Shown in pieces: positions 14,472 to 24,000 of a stretch of 24,000 nt of DNA (positions are counted from its first letter, which is position 1; each line of letters opens with the position of its first letter). The position numbers and the translations under genes were made by a program. The stretch is taken from the NCBI GenBank assembly GCA_019243445.1, contig JAFAUH010000302.1:1-24000 (forward strand). The letters are read 5' to 3'. The DNA comes from Streptomycetaceae bacterium (lineage in GTDB: Bacteria; Actinomycetota; Actinomycetes; Streptomycetales; Streptomycetaceae). Under the pieces are notes generated by a model that saw only the letters and a program-made list of their open reading frames with translations, searched no databases and was not told the DNA's origin.

Positions 14472-17400
14472 GTGGAACTGCAGCTCAGCGTCATTGACCC
14501 AGTCCGTGCGGACCGTTCGGACATGCTGGTCGACGCCGATCCCGCAGCACCGGTCGGCGCGCTCGCTGTCGAGATCGCCCGGCAGCTCGGGATGCCCGAC
14601 GACGGGCAGGGCCCGCCCAGGCTGCATATCAACGGCTTCATAGTCGACCCCGAGGTCAGCCTCGACGCCTCGCCCGTGCGTGACGGCGCGCTGGTCTCGA
14701 TAGCCGCGCCCGCCCCGCTTCAGGCACCCGACGCGCAAGGCACCGTCGAGGTACGGGTCGTGGGCGGTCCGGATGCCGGCGGTGTGTACCGGCTGGGGCC
14801 CGGCATGGCCGTCGTCGGCAGCGGGACGGAGGCGTGGATCCGGCTCGCCGACGCGCAGTTGCCGCAGTCCGCGGTCGAGGTGGACGTCGCGATTGACGGC
14901 AATGTGACCGTGCGCCCTTCGGCAGGCGCCTCCGTCACCCTCGACGGCGAGCCGCTCACCTCCGCCAAGCCGTGGCGGCGGCGTAGCGTCATCAGCGTCG
15001 GCCAGTCGCTGATCGAGCTGCAGCATCCATCCTTCCCCGACGCCGCGTTGAAGCCTTCCGAAGACGGCACAGGGCTGGATTACAACCGGCCGCCGCGTAT
15101 CACCCCGCCGCCGCGACCGACGAAGTTCAACCTGCCGGCGAAACCCAAGCAGGGCGAGGCACGTCCGCTGCCCTGGCTCATGGCGGCGCTGCCGCTGGTC
15201 GGCTCCCTCGTGATGTTCATGGCGATGCGGCCGCATAATCCGATGTATCTGTCCATGGCGCTGCTCAGTCCCCTCACCATGGTGGGCAACTACCTCAACG
15301 ACCGTAAGCGCGGCAAGAAGTCGTTCCGCCACACCCTCGCCGACTACGAGAAGCAAAAGGACTCCATTGATCGGCAGGCGCGCAAGGCGGTCGCCGCCGA
15401 GACGGGCGCGGCGCGCGAGCTGTGCCCCGACCCGGCGCAGGTACTGATCACCGCGACCGGCCCTGGTATGCGACTGTGGGAGCGTCGGCGCGCCGACGCC
15501 GACTACGGGCTGCTGCGGGTCGGCACGGGCACCCTGCCGTCGGAGGTCGAAGTCTCCGACCCCGCACAGGAGGAGCACCGGCGTATCTCGCACCGCAAAC
15601 TGCTGGACGCGCCGGTGACAGTGCCGATGACCGTCCACAGCGTGCTGGGCATTGCGGGACGCGGTGAGGTGCCGCGCATGATCGGCCGCTGGCTGATAGC
15701 CCAGGCCGCCGTGTTGCACTCTCCGGCGGATTTGTCCGTCTGCGTGCTCACCGACCCGAGCGGACGGCACAGTTGGGAATGGGTGCGCTGGCTGCCGCAT
15801 GCCCGGGCCCGGGAGGGCCAGTCGGCCTTGGCTTTGATCGGTACGGACGCCGACAGTGTGGCGCGTCGCATCAGTGAGCTGCTCGCCCAGTTGACTGCCC
15901 GTCAGGATGCGGCGCGTGAGGCGGGTATGCAGGCCAACCAGGTCTGGAGCGGCCCCACTACTCTCGTTGTCCTCGACGGATCGCGACGGCTGCGCGCGCT
16001 GCCGGGCCTGACGCAGATCCTGCGCGACGGCCCGAAGGTCGGCATCCACCTGATCTGCCTCGACGCCGACCGCCGGCTGCTGCCTGAGGAGTGCAAGGGG
16101 GTGGTCGAGGAGGATTACTACGGGCTGCTGTCGGTCTCGATCGCCGGTCAGGAGCCGGTGACCCAGGTGCGCCCCGACTGTGTCTCGCCCGAGTGGTGTG
16201 AGCAGGTCGCCCGCTCTATCGCGCCGATACGTGACATCAGTGGTGACGACGGCGCGGCGCTGCCCGACGCCTGCCGTCTGCTGGACGTCATCGATCTGGA
16301 GCCGCCGACGACAGCCGGGATCACGGCACGCTGGTCGCTGAGCGGGCGCAGCACAAGCGCCGTGGTCGGTGCCTCCTTCGACGGGCCGTTCGCCATCGAC
16401 TTGGTGCGGGACGGGCCGCACGGCCTGGTCGCCGGCACCACTGGTTCCGGTAAGTCGGAGCTGCTGCAGACCATTGTCGCCTCGCTCGCCGTAGCCAACC
16501 GGCCGGACGCGATGACATTCGTCCTTGTCGACTACAAGGGCGGTTCGGCGTTCAAGGACTGTGTGAAACTGCCGCACACCGTCGGCATGGTCACCGACCT
16601 CGACACCCACTTGGTGGAGCGAGCGCTGGAGTCGCTCGGCGCCGAACTGCGCCGCCGTGAGCACATCCTCGCCGCGGCCGGTACGAAGGACCTCGAGGAT
16701 TACATCATTGCGATGCGCACCAACTCGTCGCTCGCACCGATGCCGCGCTTGCTCATCGTGATCGACGAGTTCGCGTCCATGGCGCGGGAACTGCCGGACT
16801 TCGTCACAGGTCTGGTCAATATCGCGCAGCGAGGCCGTTCGCTGGGCATTCATCTGATCCTGGCCACGCAGCGGCCCTCCGGTGTCGTCTCGCCCGAGAT
16901 CCGCGCCAACACCAATCTGCGGATCGCATTGCGCGTGACGGACGCCGCCGAGTCGTCCGACGTCATCGACGCGCCCGACGCCGGGCACATCGCCAAGTCC
17001 ACGCCGGGGCGGGCGTATGTGCGCCTTGGCGCCTCCTCGCTCCTGCCGTTCCAGTCCGGCCGGGTCGGCGGGCGGCGGCCGGGCCAGGTCGCGTCGAAGG
17101 CTCCTGCGCCGTTCACGGTCCCGGTCGGGTGGGAGGCACTGGGCAAGCCGGCGCCCGAGCGCCCGCAGGGGCCGAAGTCCAACGACGACGATCTGCTCAC
17201 CGACCTCGCGGTCCTGGTCGATGCGATCATCGGTGCCAATGAGCAGTTGGGGCTACCGCCGCAGCACAGCCCGTGGCTGCCCGCGCTCCCGGACTCCACC
17301 ACGCTGGACGATCTGGAGCCGCCGCGCTATCTGTCGCGGGACGGTTTGCTGCCGGCCCCGTTCGCCGTCGAGGACCTGCCATCGCAGCAGGCGCGCCGCA

Positions 17401-18875
17401 CCACCTCGATCGAGCTGCCGACCTTCGGTCACCTGATCATCGCGGGTTCGCCGCGTACCGGCCGCTCACAGGCGCTGCGTACGATCGCGGGTTCACTCGC
17501 CCGCGCCAACTCCCCTGCGGATCTGCATCTTTACGGTCTCGACTGCGGCAATGGCGCGCTGCTGGCCCTTACCCAGTTGCCGCACTGCGGGGCCGTGGTC
17601 CGCGCCAATGAGCCGGATCGCGCCGAGCGGCTCATCAACAACCTGTCGGCCGAGGTACAGCGGCGCATGGCGCGGCTCGGCGAGCGCGGCTTCACCGACA
17701 TCAACGAGCAGCGTCTCGGAGTTCCGGAAGGCGAGCGGCTGCCGCACATCATGCTGCTGCTCGACCGCTGGGAGGGCTTCCTGCCCTCGCTCGGCGAGAT
17801 GAACTCCGGCGCGCTCACCGATGCCGTCTTCCAGCTGATGCGTGAGGGTGCCTCGGTCGGCATCCACGTGATCGTCGCCGGTGACCGCACGGTGCTCGTC
17901 GGCCGGATCTCAACGCTGACCGAGAACAAGCTGGCATTCCAACTGAGCGACTCATCCGACTTCAGCGTGATCGGTCTCAACCCGCGCAAGGTACCGGAGA
18001 AGATGGCGCCCGGCCGTGCCTTCCGCCAGGGCGCCGTCGAGACACAGGTCGCACTGCTCACCGAGGATCCCAGCGGCCAGGCACAGTCGGCGGCGATCGG
18101 CACGATCGCCCAGTGGGCAAAGGGCCGCTGGGACAACGTGCCGCGTTCACGTCTTCCGTTCCGAGTGGACGTGCTGCCGGGCCGGATCAGCTTCGAGGAG
18201 GCGTGGGAGCTGCGCGACGTCAGCGACCAGGCGGTCAACAGCCCCCTGTGGGCGCTGACCGCGGTCGGCGGCGACCAGCTCACCGCCATCGGCCCGGATC
18301 TGCGTCAGGGCAGTCCGGCATTTGTCATCGCGGGTCCGCCGCGCTCCGGGCGCTCCACCGCGCTGCTGACGATGACGCGCTCGCTGATGTCGGCCGGCAC
18401 CCAGGTGATCCTGGCTGCGCCACGCCGCCAATCGCCGCTGCGCCGCCTTAAGCACGCGCCGGGCGTGATCGGATACTTCACGGAGGAGGAGATCTCCGGG
18501 GCCGAGATGGAGGAGGCGCTGAACCGGGTGCAGGGATCGGCAGCGATCATCGTCGACGACGCGGAGCTGCTGCGCCAGTGCGATGCGAGCGAGCTGCTGA
18601 CCCAGGTGGTGCGCCGCTCGACGGGTAAGGACATCGCCTTGGTGATCGCTGGCGACGCGGACGGCGTGTGCGGCGGTTTCTCCGGCTGGCAGGTGGAGAT
18701 GAAGAAGGCCCGGCGCGGTCTGCTGCTCTCGCCGCAGAATCTGTCGGATGCCGATCTGATCGGTGTGCGGCTGCAGCGTAGTGCGATCGGCCAGGCGATT
18801 CAGCCCGGCCGCGGGCTGCTGCACCTTGGCGACGGCGAGGCTCGTACCGTCCAGGTGCCACTCACAGCGCTGTAG
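14472..18875 (+). CDS. EssC/EccC-like type VII secretion ATPase: ubiquitin-like (YukD-like) domain, FHA, 2 TM, three FtsK/SpoIIIE P-loop domains
   Basis: N-terminal roughly 85 aa are VELQLSVIDPVR...ALAVEIARQLGM...INGFIVDPEVSLDASPVRDGALVSI (beta-grasp pattern). FHA-like segment is VEVRVVGGPDAGGVYRLGPGMAVVGSGTEAWIRLAD...VTLDGEPL...ISVGQSLIEL. Two TM segments are PLPWLMAALPLVGSLVMFMAM and MYLSMALLSPLTMVGNYL. Walker A motifs are GTTGSGKSELL, GSPRTGRSQAL and GPPRSGRSTAL, with Walker B motifs LLIVIDEFA, IMLLLDRWE and AIIVDDAE. The ORF is open from 14076, but that part overlaps the WXG100 gene. GTG at 14472 follows GGGGGA. An alternative GTG lies 16 codons upstream. Confidence 0.85.
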   Translation: MELQLSVIDPVRADRSDMLVDADPAAPVGALAVEIARQLGMPDDGQGPPRLHINGFIVDPEVSLDASPVRDGALVSIAAPAPLQAPDAQGTVEVRVVGGPDAGGVYRLGPGMAVVGSGTEAWIRLADAQLPQSAVEVDVAIDGNVTVRPSAGASVTLDGEPLTSAKPWRRRSVISVGQSLIELQHPSFPDAALKPSEDGTGLDYNRPPRITPPPRPTKFNLPAKPKQGEARPLPWLMAALPLVGSLVMFMAMRPHNPMYLSMALLSPLTMVGNYLNDRKRGKKSFRHTLADYEKQKDSIDRQARKAVAAETGAARELCPDPAQVLITATGPGMRLWERRRADADYGLLRVGTGTLPSEVEVSDPAQEEHRRISHRKLLDAPVTVPMTVHSVLGIAGRGEVPRMIGRWLIAQAAVLHSPADLSVCVLTDPSGRHSWEWVRWLPHARAREGQSALALIGTDADSVARRISELLAQLTARQDAAREAGMQANQVWSGPTTLVVLDGSRRLRALPGLTQILRDGPKVGIHLICLDADRRLLPEECKGVVEEDYYGLLSVSIAGQEPVTQVRPDCVSPEWCEQVARSIAPIRDISGDDGAALPDACRLLDVIDLEPPTTAGITARWSLSGRSTSAVVGASFDGPFAIDLVRDGPHGLVAGTTGSGKSELLQTIVASLAVANRPDAMTFVLVDYKGGSAFKDCVKLPHTVGMVTDLDTHLVERALESLGAELRRREHILAAAGTKDLEDYIIAMRTNSSLAPMPRLLIVIDEFASMARELPDFVTGLVNIAQRGRSLGIHLILATQRPSGVVSPEIRANTNLRIALRVTDAAESSDVIDAPDAGHIAKSTPGRAYVRLGASSLLPFQSGRVGGRRPGQVASKAPAPFTVPVGWEALGKPAPERPQGPKSNDDDLLTDLAVLVDAIIGANEQLGLPPQHSPWLPALPDSTTLDDLEPPRYLSRDGLLPAPFAVEDLPSQQARRTTSIELPTFGHLIIAGSPRTGRSQALRTIAGSLARANSPADLHLYGLDCGNGALLALTQLPHCGAVVRANEPDRAERLINNLSAEVQRRMARLGERGFTDINEQRLGVPEGERLPHIMLLLDRWEGFLPSLGEMNSGALTDAVFQLMREGASVGIHVIVAGDRTVLVGRISTLTENKLAFQLSDSSDFSVIGLNPRKVPEKMAPGRAFRQGAVETQVALLTEDPSGQAQSAAIGTIAQWAKGRWDNVPRSRLPFRVDVLPGRISFEEAWELRDVSDQAVNSPLWALTAVGGDQLTAIGPDLRQGSPAFVIAGPPRSGRSTALLTMTRSLMSAGTQVILAAPRRQSPLRRLKHAPGVIGYFTEEEISGAEMEEALNRVQGSAAIIVDDAELLRQCDASELLTQVVRRSTGKDIALVIAGDADGVCGGFSGWQVEMKKARRGLLLSPQNLSDADLIGVRLQRSAIGQAIQPGRGLLHLGDGEARTVQVPLTAL

Positions 18876-18961
18876 ACGCTGCTGCAGCACCTGGAACATA
18901 GGTCGGATGGCCCGCGCTACGGCGTCAAGATCGGCGTAAAGATTCGGTGTGAAGGCCGGCC

Positions 18962-19858
<897 letters not shown>

Positions 19859-20143
19859 CTAGACCCAGCACTTCTGGATCTCGTGCCGCCCCCGGACGGT
19901 GCCGACCGCGTCGTGCGTCGCGGGACGACGGTGACACCGACGGCGTCGAGACGACACGAGAGCACGGGAGGATCTTTGAACCCTTCCACACCGAGATCCC
20001 CCGTGCTACGCTCGTTCGCAAGTTGCAGTTTGGTTTCCCTTGCAGTACAAAGCCTGCGGAGCATGTGACGCCGCAGGCTTTTGTTTTTCAGACTTCATCG
20101 CAGGTTCTGGAGCTAGGGCAACCCTTGGCCCAAGGAGGGCTTT

Positions 20144-20347
20144 ATGGCTACCGGAACCGTTAAGTGGTTCAACGCTGAAAAGGGCTTCGGCTTCATCGCC
20201 CAGGACGGCGGCGGACCCGACGTCTTCGTTCACTACTCCGCGATCAACGCCTCTGGCTTCCGCTCCCTCGAGGAGAACCAGTCCGTGACCTTCGACGTCA
20301 CCCAGGGCCCGAAGGGTCCGCAGGCGGAGAACGTCAGCCCGGCGTAA
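20144..20347 (+). CDS. Cold-shock protein (CspA family)
   Basis: [34 protein letters not shown] contains the RNP1 (KGFGFI) and RNP2 (VFVHY) motifs. AAGGAGG RBS. Confidence 0.95.
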   Translation: MATGTVKWFNAEKGFGFIAQDGGGPDVFVHYSAINASGFRSLEENQSVTFDVTQGPKGPQAENVSPA

Positions 20348-20385
20348 TTGCGTCATCAATAAAAGTACCCAAGAGAAGTATCCAA

Positions 20386-20421
20386 GGAGCCCCGCGCATG
20401 CGCGGGGCTCCTGCCTTTTTT
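20386..20421 (+). terminator. Intrinsic terminator of the cold-shock gene
   Basis: ggagccccgcgc/gcgcggggctcc palindrome (20386-20411) followed by tgcctttttt (T-run 20416-20421). Confidence 0.85.
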
Positions 20422-20636
20422 GGGCGCCAGACCCAGTCCGGGCGGGCGCCCGACCCAAGCCACGATGACCGACTTTCCGACCAATTCCGATCAACTCCTC
20501 CAAGAGCATGAACAGCTGCACCTGTCCGAGCGATTGAACGTGTCCCACGGCCCGGCTGAGGGCATTCCATGACGTTGCCCGGGCATGCTGGGCAAACCCC
20601 TTCGACACAGGCTTCAATCCAGGAACTGAGGTAACC

Positions 20637-21227
20637 ATGCGCCGCCTAGCCGCAGCAGCGTCCGCAGTCGCCGCGCTTTTCTGCGTCTCCGCCATCCCCG
20701 CCCAGGCCGCACAGGCCGAGCACGTCCCACCGTTCGGCCTCGGCAAGGTCCTCGCCCGCCACGGGGGCATGATCAGATCAGGGCCGGGTGTGAACTACGC
20801 AGTCACCGGACGTCTGCGTAACGGCCAGGTCGTTCCGCTGCTCTGCAGGGCCACCGGGTCGACCTTGCGCGACCACCGTCTGTGGTACAAGCTGAACGAC
20901 CGTCCCGAGATGTGGGCCAACTCCGTCCTCATCGGCCGTATCGGCAAATCTCCGGTCTGGTGCGCGCGCCCCGGAGTCTCGGTCCAGCCGGGTCATCACC
21001 ACAAGAAGCACCACGGCATGAAGCAGCAGGCCCAGCACCTGCTCGCACCGCAGGCCCCGCAGACCTCGCAAATGCCGCAGACCACTGTGAAGTCACAGAA
21101 CACTGAGAACCTGCGGACCAACCAGCGGGAGCTTCAGAAACTGCAGCAGGAACTGATCAACGAGCAAATCCAGCAGCGCCCGATGAGCGCGCCCGGCATG
21201 CACCTCCAAAGCGGCGGCAAGCACTGA
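20637..21227 (+). CDS. Secreted protein with SH3b-like domain and His/Gln-rich tail
   Basis: Signal peptide MRRLAAAASAVAALFCVSAIPAQAAQA. GGMIRSGPGVNYAVTGRLRNGQVVPLLC...LWYKL resembles bacterial SH3 domains. The C-terminus is low complexity (HHHKKHH, Q-rich). Confidence 0.65.
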   Translation: MRRLAAAASAVAALFCVSAIPAQAAQAEHVPPFGLGKVLARHGGMIRSGPGVNYAVTGRLRNGQVVPLLCRATGSTLRDHRLWYKLNDRPEMWANSVLIGRIGKSPVWCARPGVSVQPGHHHKKHHGMKQQAQHLLAPQAPQTSQMPQTTVKSQNTENLRTNQRELQKLQQELINEQIQQRPMSAPGMHLQSGGKH

Positions 21228-21243
21228 CTTCGCGTCACCTTCC

Positions 21244-21283
21244 GTTGAAGGGGCGCCCGGCATCGGCCGGGCGCCCCTTCAAC
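21244..21283. terminator. Bidirectional hairpin terminator
   Basis: Perfect 18-bp inverted repeat gttgaaggggcgcccggc / gccgggcgccccttcaac with a 4-nt loop, between the convergent stops at 21227 (+) and 21344 (-). Confidence 0.8.
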
Positions 21284-21343
21284 GCAATGATGCGTTTCGA
21301 CACAATGATGCGATGCCGCATCACGGCTGATTCCTCCAGCGAA

Positions 21344-21658
21344 TCAGCCGTGTGCGCCACGGGCGGCGTCGTCCGCCTCGTCCTCGACACTCGCCTGATT
21401 GACGAAGGCCTGCCGGGTGCGCTCAACGCGCTGTGAGACCTGCACGGACGCCTCGTCACGGGCGCCACGCAGCAGGACATAGCTGAGCGGAGCGGAGAGG
21501 ACGAGTGCGAGCAACATCACCCACAGGAGATTGGACTTGCCGAGTCCGGCGGGGAGGACCCGCAGGTAGACGAGGCCCCAGATGGCGAGGAAGCACGCGG
21601 CGAAAAGTCCCGCGCGCATCGCGGTGTATCGGAGCATGGGGCTCGGCTTCCAGCTCAC
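21344..21658 (-). CDS. Small two-TM membrane protein (DUF4229-like)
   Basis: MLRYTAMRAGLFAACFLAIWGLVYL and LLWVMLLALVLSAPLSYVLL helices, then an acidic tail. Its position next to mqnE matches Streptomyces synteny as I recall it. Confidence 0.65.
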   Translation of the reverse strand: MSWKPSPMLRYTAMRAGLFAACFLAIWGLVYLRVLPAGLGKSNLLWVMLLALVLSAPLSYVLLRGARDEASVQVSQRVERTRQAFVNQASVEDEADDAARGAHG

Positions 21659-21834
21659 GGCAGTTCCACTCTTTCGTTCCGGTTCGATATCCGCAGGTCA
21701 GGTATACAGGTATACCTCTCCAGTGAAGCATGGAAAGCCAAGGGACGGCCCGCAGGGTCTCCGACAGGGGCGGGGTCCCCCAGGCAGTTCGTATGCCAGA
21801 CGTATGTGCCAGACCTATGTATCAGACACATGCG

Positions 21835-22998
21835 TCACATGCGCATCAGCTGCGGCAACTCCCGGCGCTCCGGGTCCGAGCCCGGGTACTCGCGGATGAT
21901 CTCGTAGCGCGTGTTGCGTTCGGCCGGGCGGAAGCCGGCGTCCCGGATCAGCTCGAGGATGTCCTCACGCGTGAGCTTGTTCGGCGTACCGAAGTCGTCC
22001 GCGTCATGCGTGATCTTGTACTCGACGACCGAGCCATCCATGTCATCCGCACCATAGTTGAGCGCGAGCTGCGCCGTGGTAAGGCCGTGCATGACCCAGA
22101 AGACCTTCACATGCGGCACATTGTCGAAGAGCAGCCGCGAGACCGCGAAGGTCTTCAGCGCCTCGGCGCCCGAGGCCATCGTCGTCCGCGCCTGCAGTCG
22201 GTTGCGGATCTTGCCGTCCTTCATGTCGACGAAGTCGTGCTGATAGCGCAGCGGAATGAAAACCTGGAAGCCACCTGTCTCATCCTGCAGTTCACGCAGC
22301 CGCAGCACATGGTCGACGCGATGGCGTGGCTCCTCAATGTGCCCGTAAAGCATCGTCGAGGGGGTCTTGAGGCCCTTGGCATGCGCCAGCCGGTGGATAC
22401 GCGACCAGTCCTCCCAGTGGGTGGCGTGGTCAACGATGTGCTGCCGCACATCCCAGTCGAAGATCTCCGCGCCGCCGCCAGTGAGCGACTCGAGGCCGGC
22501 GTCGATGAGTTCGTCGAGGATGTCGGAGGCCGACAGGCCGGAGATGGTCTCGAAGTGGTGGATCTCGGTGGCGGTGAATGCCTTCAGCGAGACGTTCGGC
22601 AGCGCCTCCTTCAGCGCCTTGAGCGAGCGCGGGTAATAGCGCCATGGCAACGTCGGATGAAGGCCGTTGACGATGTGCAGCTCAGTGAGGTGCTCGCCCT
22701 CCATCGCCTTGGCGAGGCGAACGGCCTCCTCGATGCGCATTGTGTACGCGTCCTTCTCGCCGGGCTTGCGCTGAAACGAGCAGTACGCACAGGAAGCGGT
22801 GCACACATTCGTCATGTTCAGGTGGCGGTTGACGTTGAAGTGGACGACGTCGCCGTTCTTCTGAGTACGCACGTGATGGGCGAGGCCGCCCAGCCAGGCG
22901 AGATCGTCGGACTCGTAGAGGGCCATCCCGTCCTCACGGGAGAGCCGCTCGCCTGCGTAGAGCTTCTCCTCCAGCTCCCGCTTGAGCCCAGCGTCCAT
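21835..22998 (-). CDS. mqnE: Aminodeoxyfutalosine synthase (radical SAM, futalosine pathway)
   Basis: NMTNVCTASCAYCSFQRKPGEKDAYT radical-SAM motif, HIVNGLHP, and TMLYGHIE blocks. ATG at 22998 is preceded by GGAGG-CGGC and gives 387 aa. The ORF is open to 23025. Confidence 0.85.
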   Translation of the reverse strand: MDAGLKRELEEKLYAGERLSREDGMALYESDDLAWLGGLAHHVRTQKNGDVVHFNVNRHLNMTNVCTASCAYCSFQRKPGEKDAYTMRIEEAVRLAKAMEGEHLTELHIVNGLHPTLPWRYYPRSLKALKEALPNVSLKAFTATEIHHFETISGLSASDILDELIDAGLESLTGGGAEIFDWDVRQHIVDHATHWEDWSRIHRLAHAKGLKTPSTMLYGHIEEPRHRVDHVLRLRELQDETGGFQVFIPLRYQHDFVDMKDGKIRNRLQARTTMASGAEALKTFAVSRLLFDNVPHVKVFWVMHGLTTAQLALNYGADDMDGSVVEYKITHDADDFGTPNKLTREDILELIRDAGFRPAERNTRYEIIREYPGSDPERRELPQLMRM

Positions 22999-23071
22999 GC
23001 CGCCTCCTTCGTTCGCACTGCCCAACCGAGGTTACGCCCCGACTCTGACACTCTGCCGGTCAGCCCGTCGG

Positions 23072-23527
23072 TCACTCCTGCTCGGGCAGCTCGCCGACCC
23101 GGTTCTCCCACTTCGTCGACAACACAACGGTGGTACGGGTACGGGCGACGCCCTTGATGCCGGAGAGCCGTCGGATGGTGTGTTCCAGCCCGTCGACGTC
23201 CGGGACGCGGACCTTGAGCATGAACGAATCGTCACCCGCGATGAACCAGCAGTCCTCGATCTCCTCAAGATCGTTCATCCGCTGGGCCACGTCCTCGTGG
23301 TCGGCGGCATCGCTCAACTGGATGCCGACGAGCGCAGTGGCGCCGAGGCCGAGCGCCGCCGGGTTGACGGTGGCCCGGTAGCCGGTGATAACCCCGGCTT
23401 GCTCCAGCCGGTTGATGCGATCGGTGACGCTGGGGCCGGAAAGTCCGACGAGCCGTCCGAGCTCCGCGTAGGAGGCCCTGCCGTTCTCCCGGAGAGCCTG
23501 GATGAGCTGCTTGTCCACCGCGTCCAT
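23072..23527 (-). CDS. Lrp/AsnC-family transcriptional regulator
   Basis: N-terminal HTH DKQLIQALRENGRASYAELGRLVGLSGPSVTDRINRLEQAGVI plus a C-terminal RAM/AsnC_trans_reg-type domain. Confidence 0.9.
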   Translation of the reverse strand: MDAVDKQLIQALRENGRASYAELGRLVGLSGPSVTDRINRLEQAGVITGYRATVNPAALGLGATALVGIQLSDAADHEDVAQRMNDLEEIEDCWFIAGDDSFMLKVRVPDVDGLEHTIRRLSGIKGVARTRTTVVLSTKWENRVGELPEQE

Positions 23528-23613
23528 GTATCTGGAGCCTTCCCCTCACGTTGCAGGTCCAGCATTTGAAGAAAGAATCTCAGGCGCCAGAAACGAATCT
23601 AAGGCACGCCGGG

Positions 23614-24000
23614 TCAGCTACCCGCATCGTAACGGCTCACTTCATGACGGCCCGCATCGTAACGGCCCGCTTCATGACGACCTGTCCCATGACGGCCCGT
23701 CCCATGACAGCTCACCTCACGGTGGTTCGGCTGCGATCCGCGACCGCCGCCGAGTTCACCGTCCCAGCGGCGGTACAGCTTGTGCTGCACGCCGACCACA
23801 TCCAGCGCCCGGCCCGCCACGAAGTCCACCAGATCCTGAGCAGTGACGGCACCCGCATAGAATGCGGGAGAGGCGGGCAGCACCACAGCGCCCGCCTCGT
23901 CGAGCGCGACCAAGTGCCCCAGCGTCTGCCCGGCCAACGGAGTCTCACGGACGGCAACCACAAGCGGGCGGCGTTCCTTGAGCGTCACCGCGGCGGCGCG
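23614..24000 (-). CDS. ubiX: UbiX-type flavin prenyltransferase, C-terminal part (runs off the right edge), with a repeat-encoded tail
   Basis: LKERRPLVVAVRETPLAGQTLGHLVALDEAGAVVLPASPAFYAG...DLVDFVAGRALDVVGV matches the UbiX/Pad1 C-terminal half. The frame continues upstream of the Met at 23988. The last roughly 35 aa are pentapeptide repeats. Confidence 0.8.
   Translation of the reverse strand, partial: RAAAVTLKERRPLVVAVRETPLAGQTLGHLVALDEAGAVVLPASPAFYAGAVTAQDLVDFVAGRALDVVGVQHKLYRRWDGELGGGRGSQPNHREVSCHGTGRHGTGRHEAGRYDAGRHEVSRYDAGS
23621..23710. repeat. Degenerate 15-bp tandem repeat x6 (also readable as 30-bp x2 plus 15-bp x2)
   Basis: The six units are cccgcatcgtaacgg, ctcacttcatgacgg, cccgcatcgtaacgg, cccgcttcatgacga, cctgtcccatgacgg and cccgtcccatgacag. 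On the minus strand it encodes HGTGR-HGTGR-HEAGR-YDAGR-HEVSR-YDAGS. Confidence 0.9.

Noticed and set aside
14472-18875. An FtsK/SpoIIIE gene as a sign of a Streptomyces conjugative element (TraB-like) or chromosome-segregation translocase.
   Set aside because: TraB, SpoIIIE and FtsK have a single ATPase domain and DNA-binding gamma or winged-helix parts. This protein has three tandem P-loop domains, an FHA domain and two TM helices, and it sits next to a WXG100-type gene. No rep, int or spd genes are in the window.

Overview
High-GC actinomycete DNA, Streptomyces-like. The flanks are ordinary respiratory and menaquinone housekeeping genes. On the left are the nuoA 5' end, an NlpC/P60 hydrolase, a DUF4232-type lipoprotein, a MenJ-like geranylgeranyl reductase, menG/ubiE and mqnC. 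On the right are mqnA, a cold-shock gene, a secreted SH3b protein, a small membrane protein, mqnE, an Lrp/AsnC regulator and a partial ubiX. About 12.6 kb of accessory DNA (roughly 6296-18875) sits between mqnC and mqnA and has two parts. (1) A tightly packed five-gene minus-strand operon that is visibly AT-richer than its surroundings. It encodes a WXG100/LXG-like helical trafficking module, a toxin-type CDA-fold deaminase, a SUKH-4-like::deaminase fusion, a free SUKH-4-like protein, and a P-loop STAND NTPase with a WD40-like propeller. It ends in a clean intrinsic terminator. (2) A minimal, firmicute-style (T7SSb-like) secretion module. It comprises a membrane-anchored Ser/Thr-kinase-like protein with EssB-like topology, a 98-aa WXG100-type protein containing no tryptophan, and a roughly 1467-aa EssC-like ATPase (ubiquitin-like domain, FHA, 2 TM, three FtsK/SpoIIIE domains). 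No EccB, EccD, EccE or MycP genes are present in the window. The trafficking module and the first deaminase are separated only by a stop codon directly downstream of a G GGG GGT run, where a -1 shift would fuse them. Several short coding and intergenic tandem repeats, hairpin terminators and a candidate c-di-AMP (ydaO-type) leader are also noted. All family assignments come from motifs read by eye and from recollection, not from searches.
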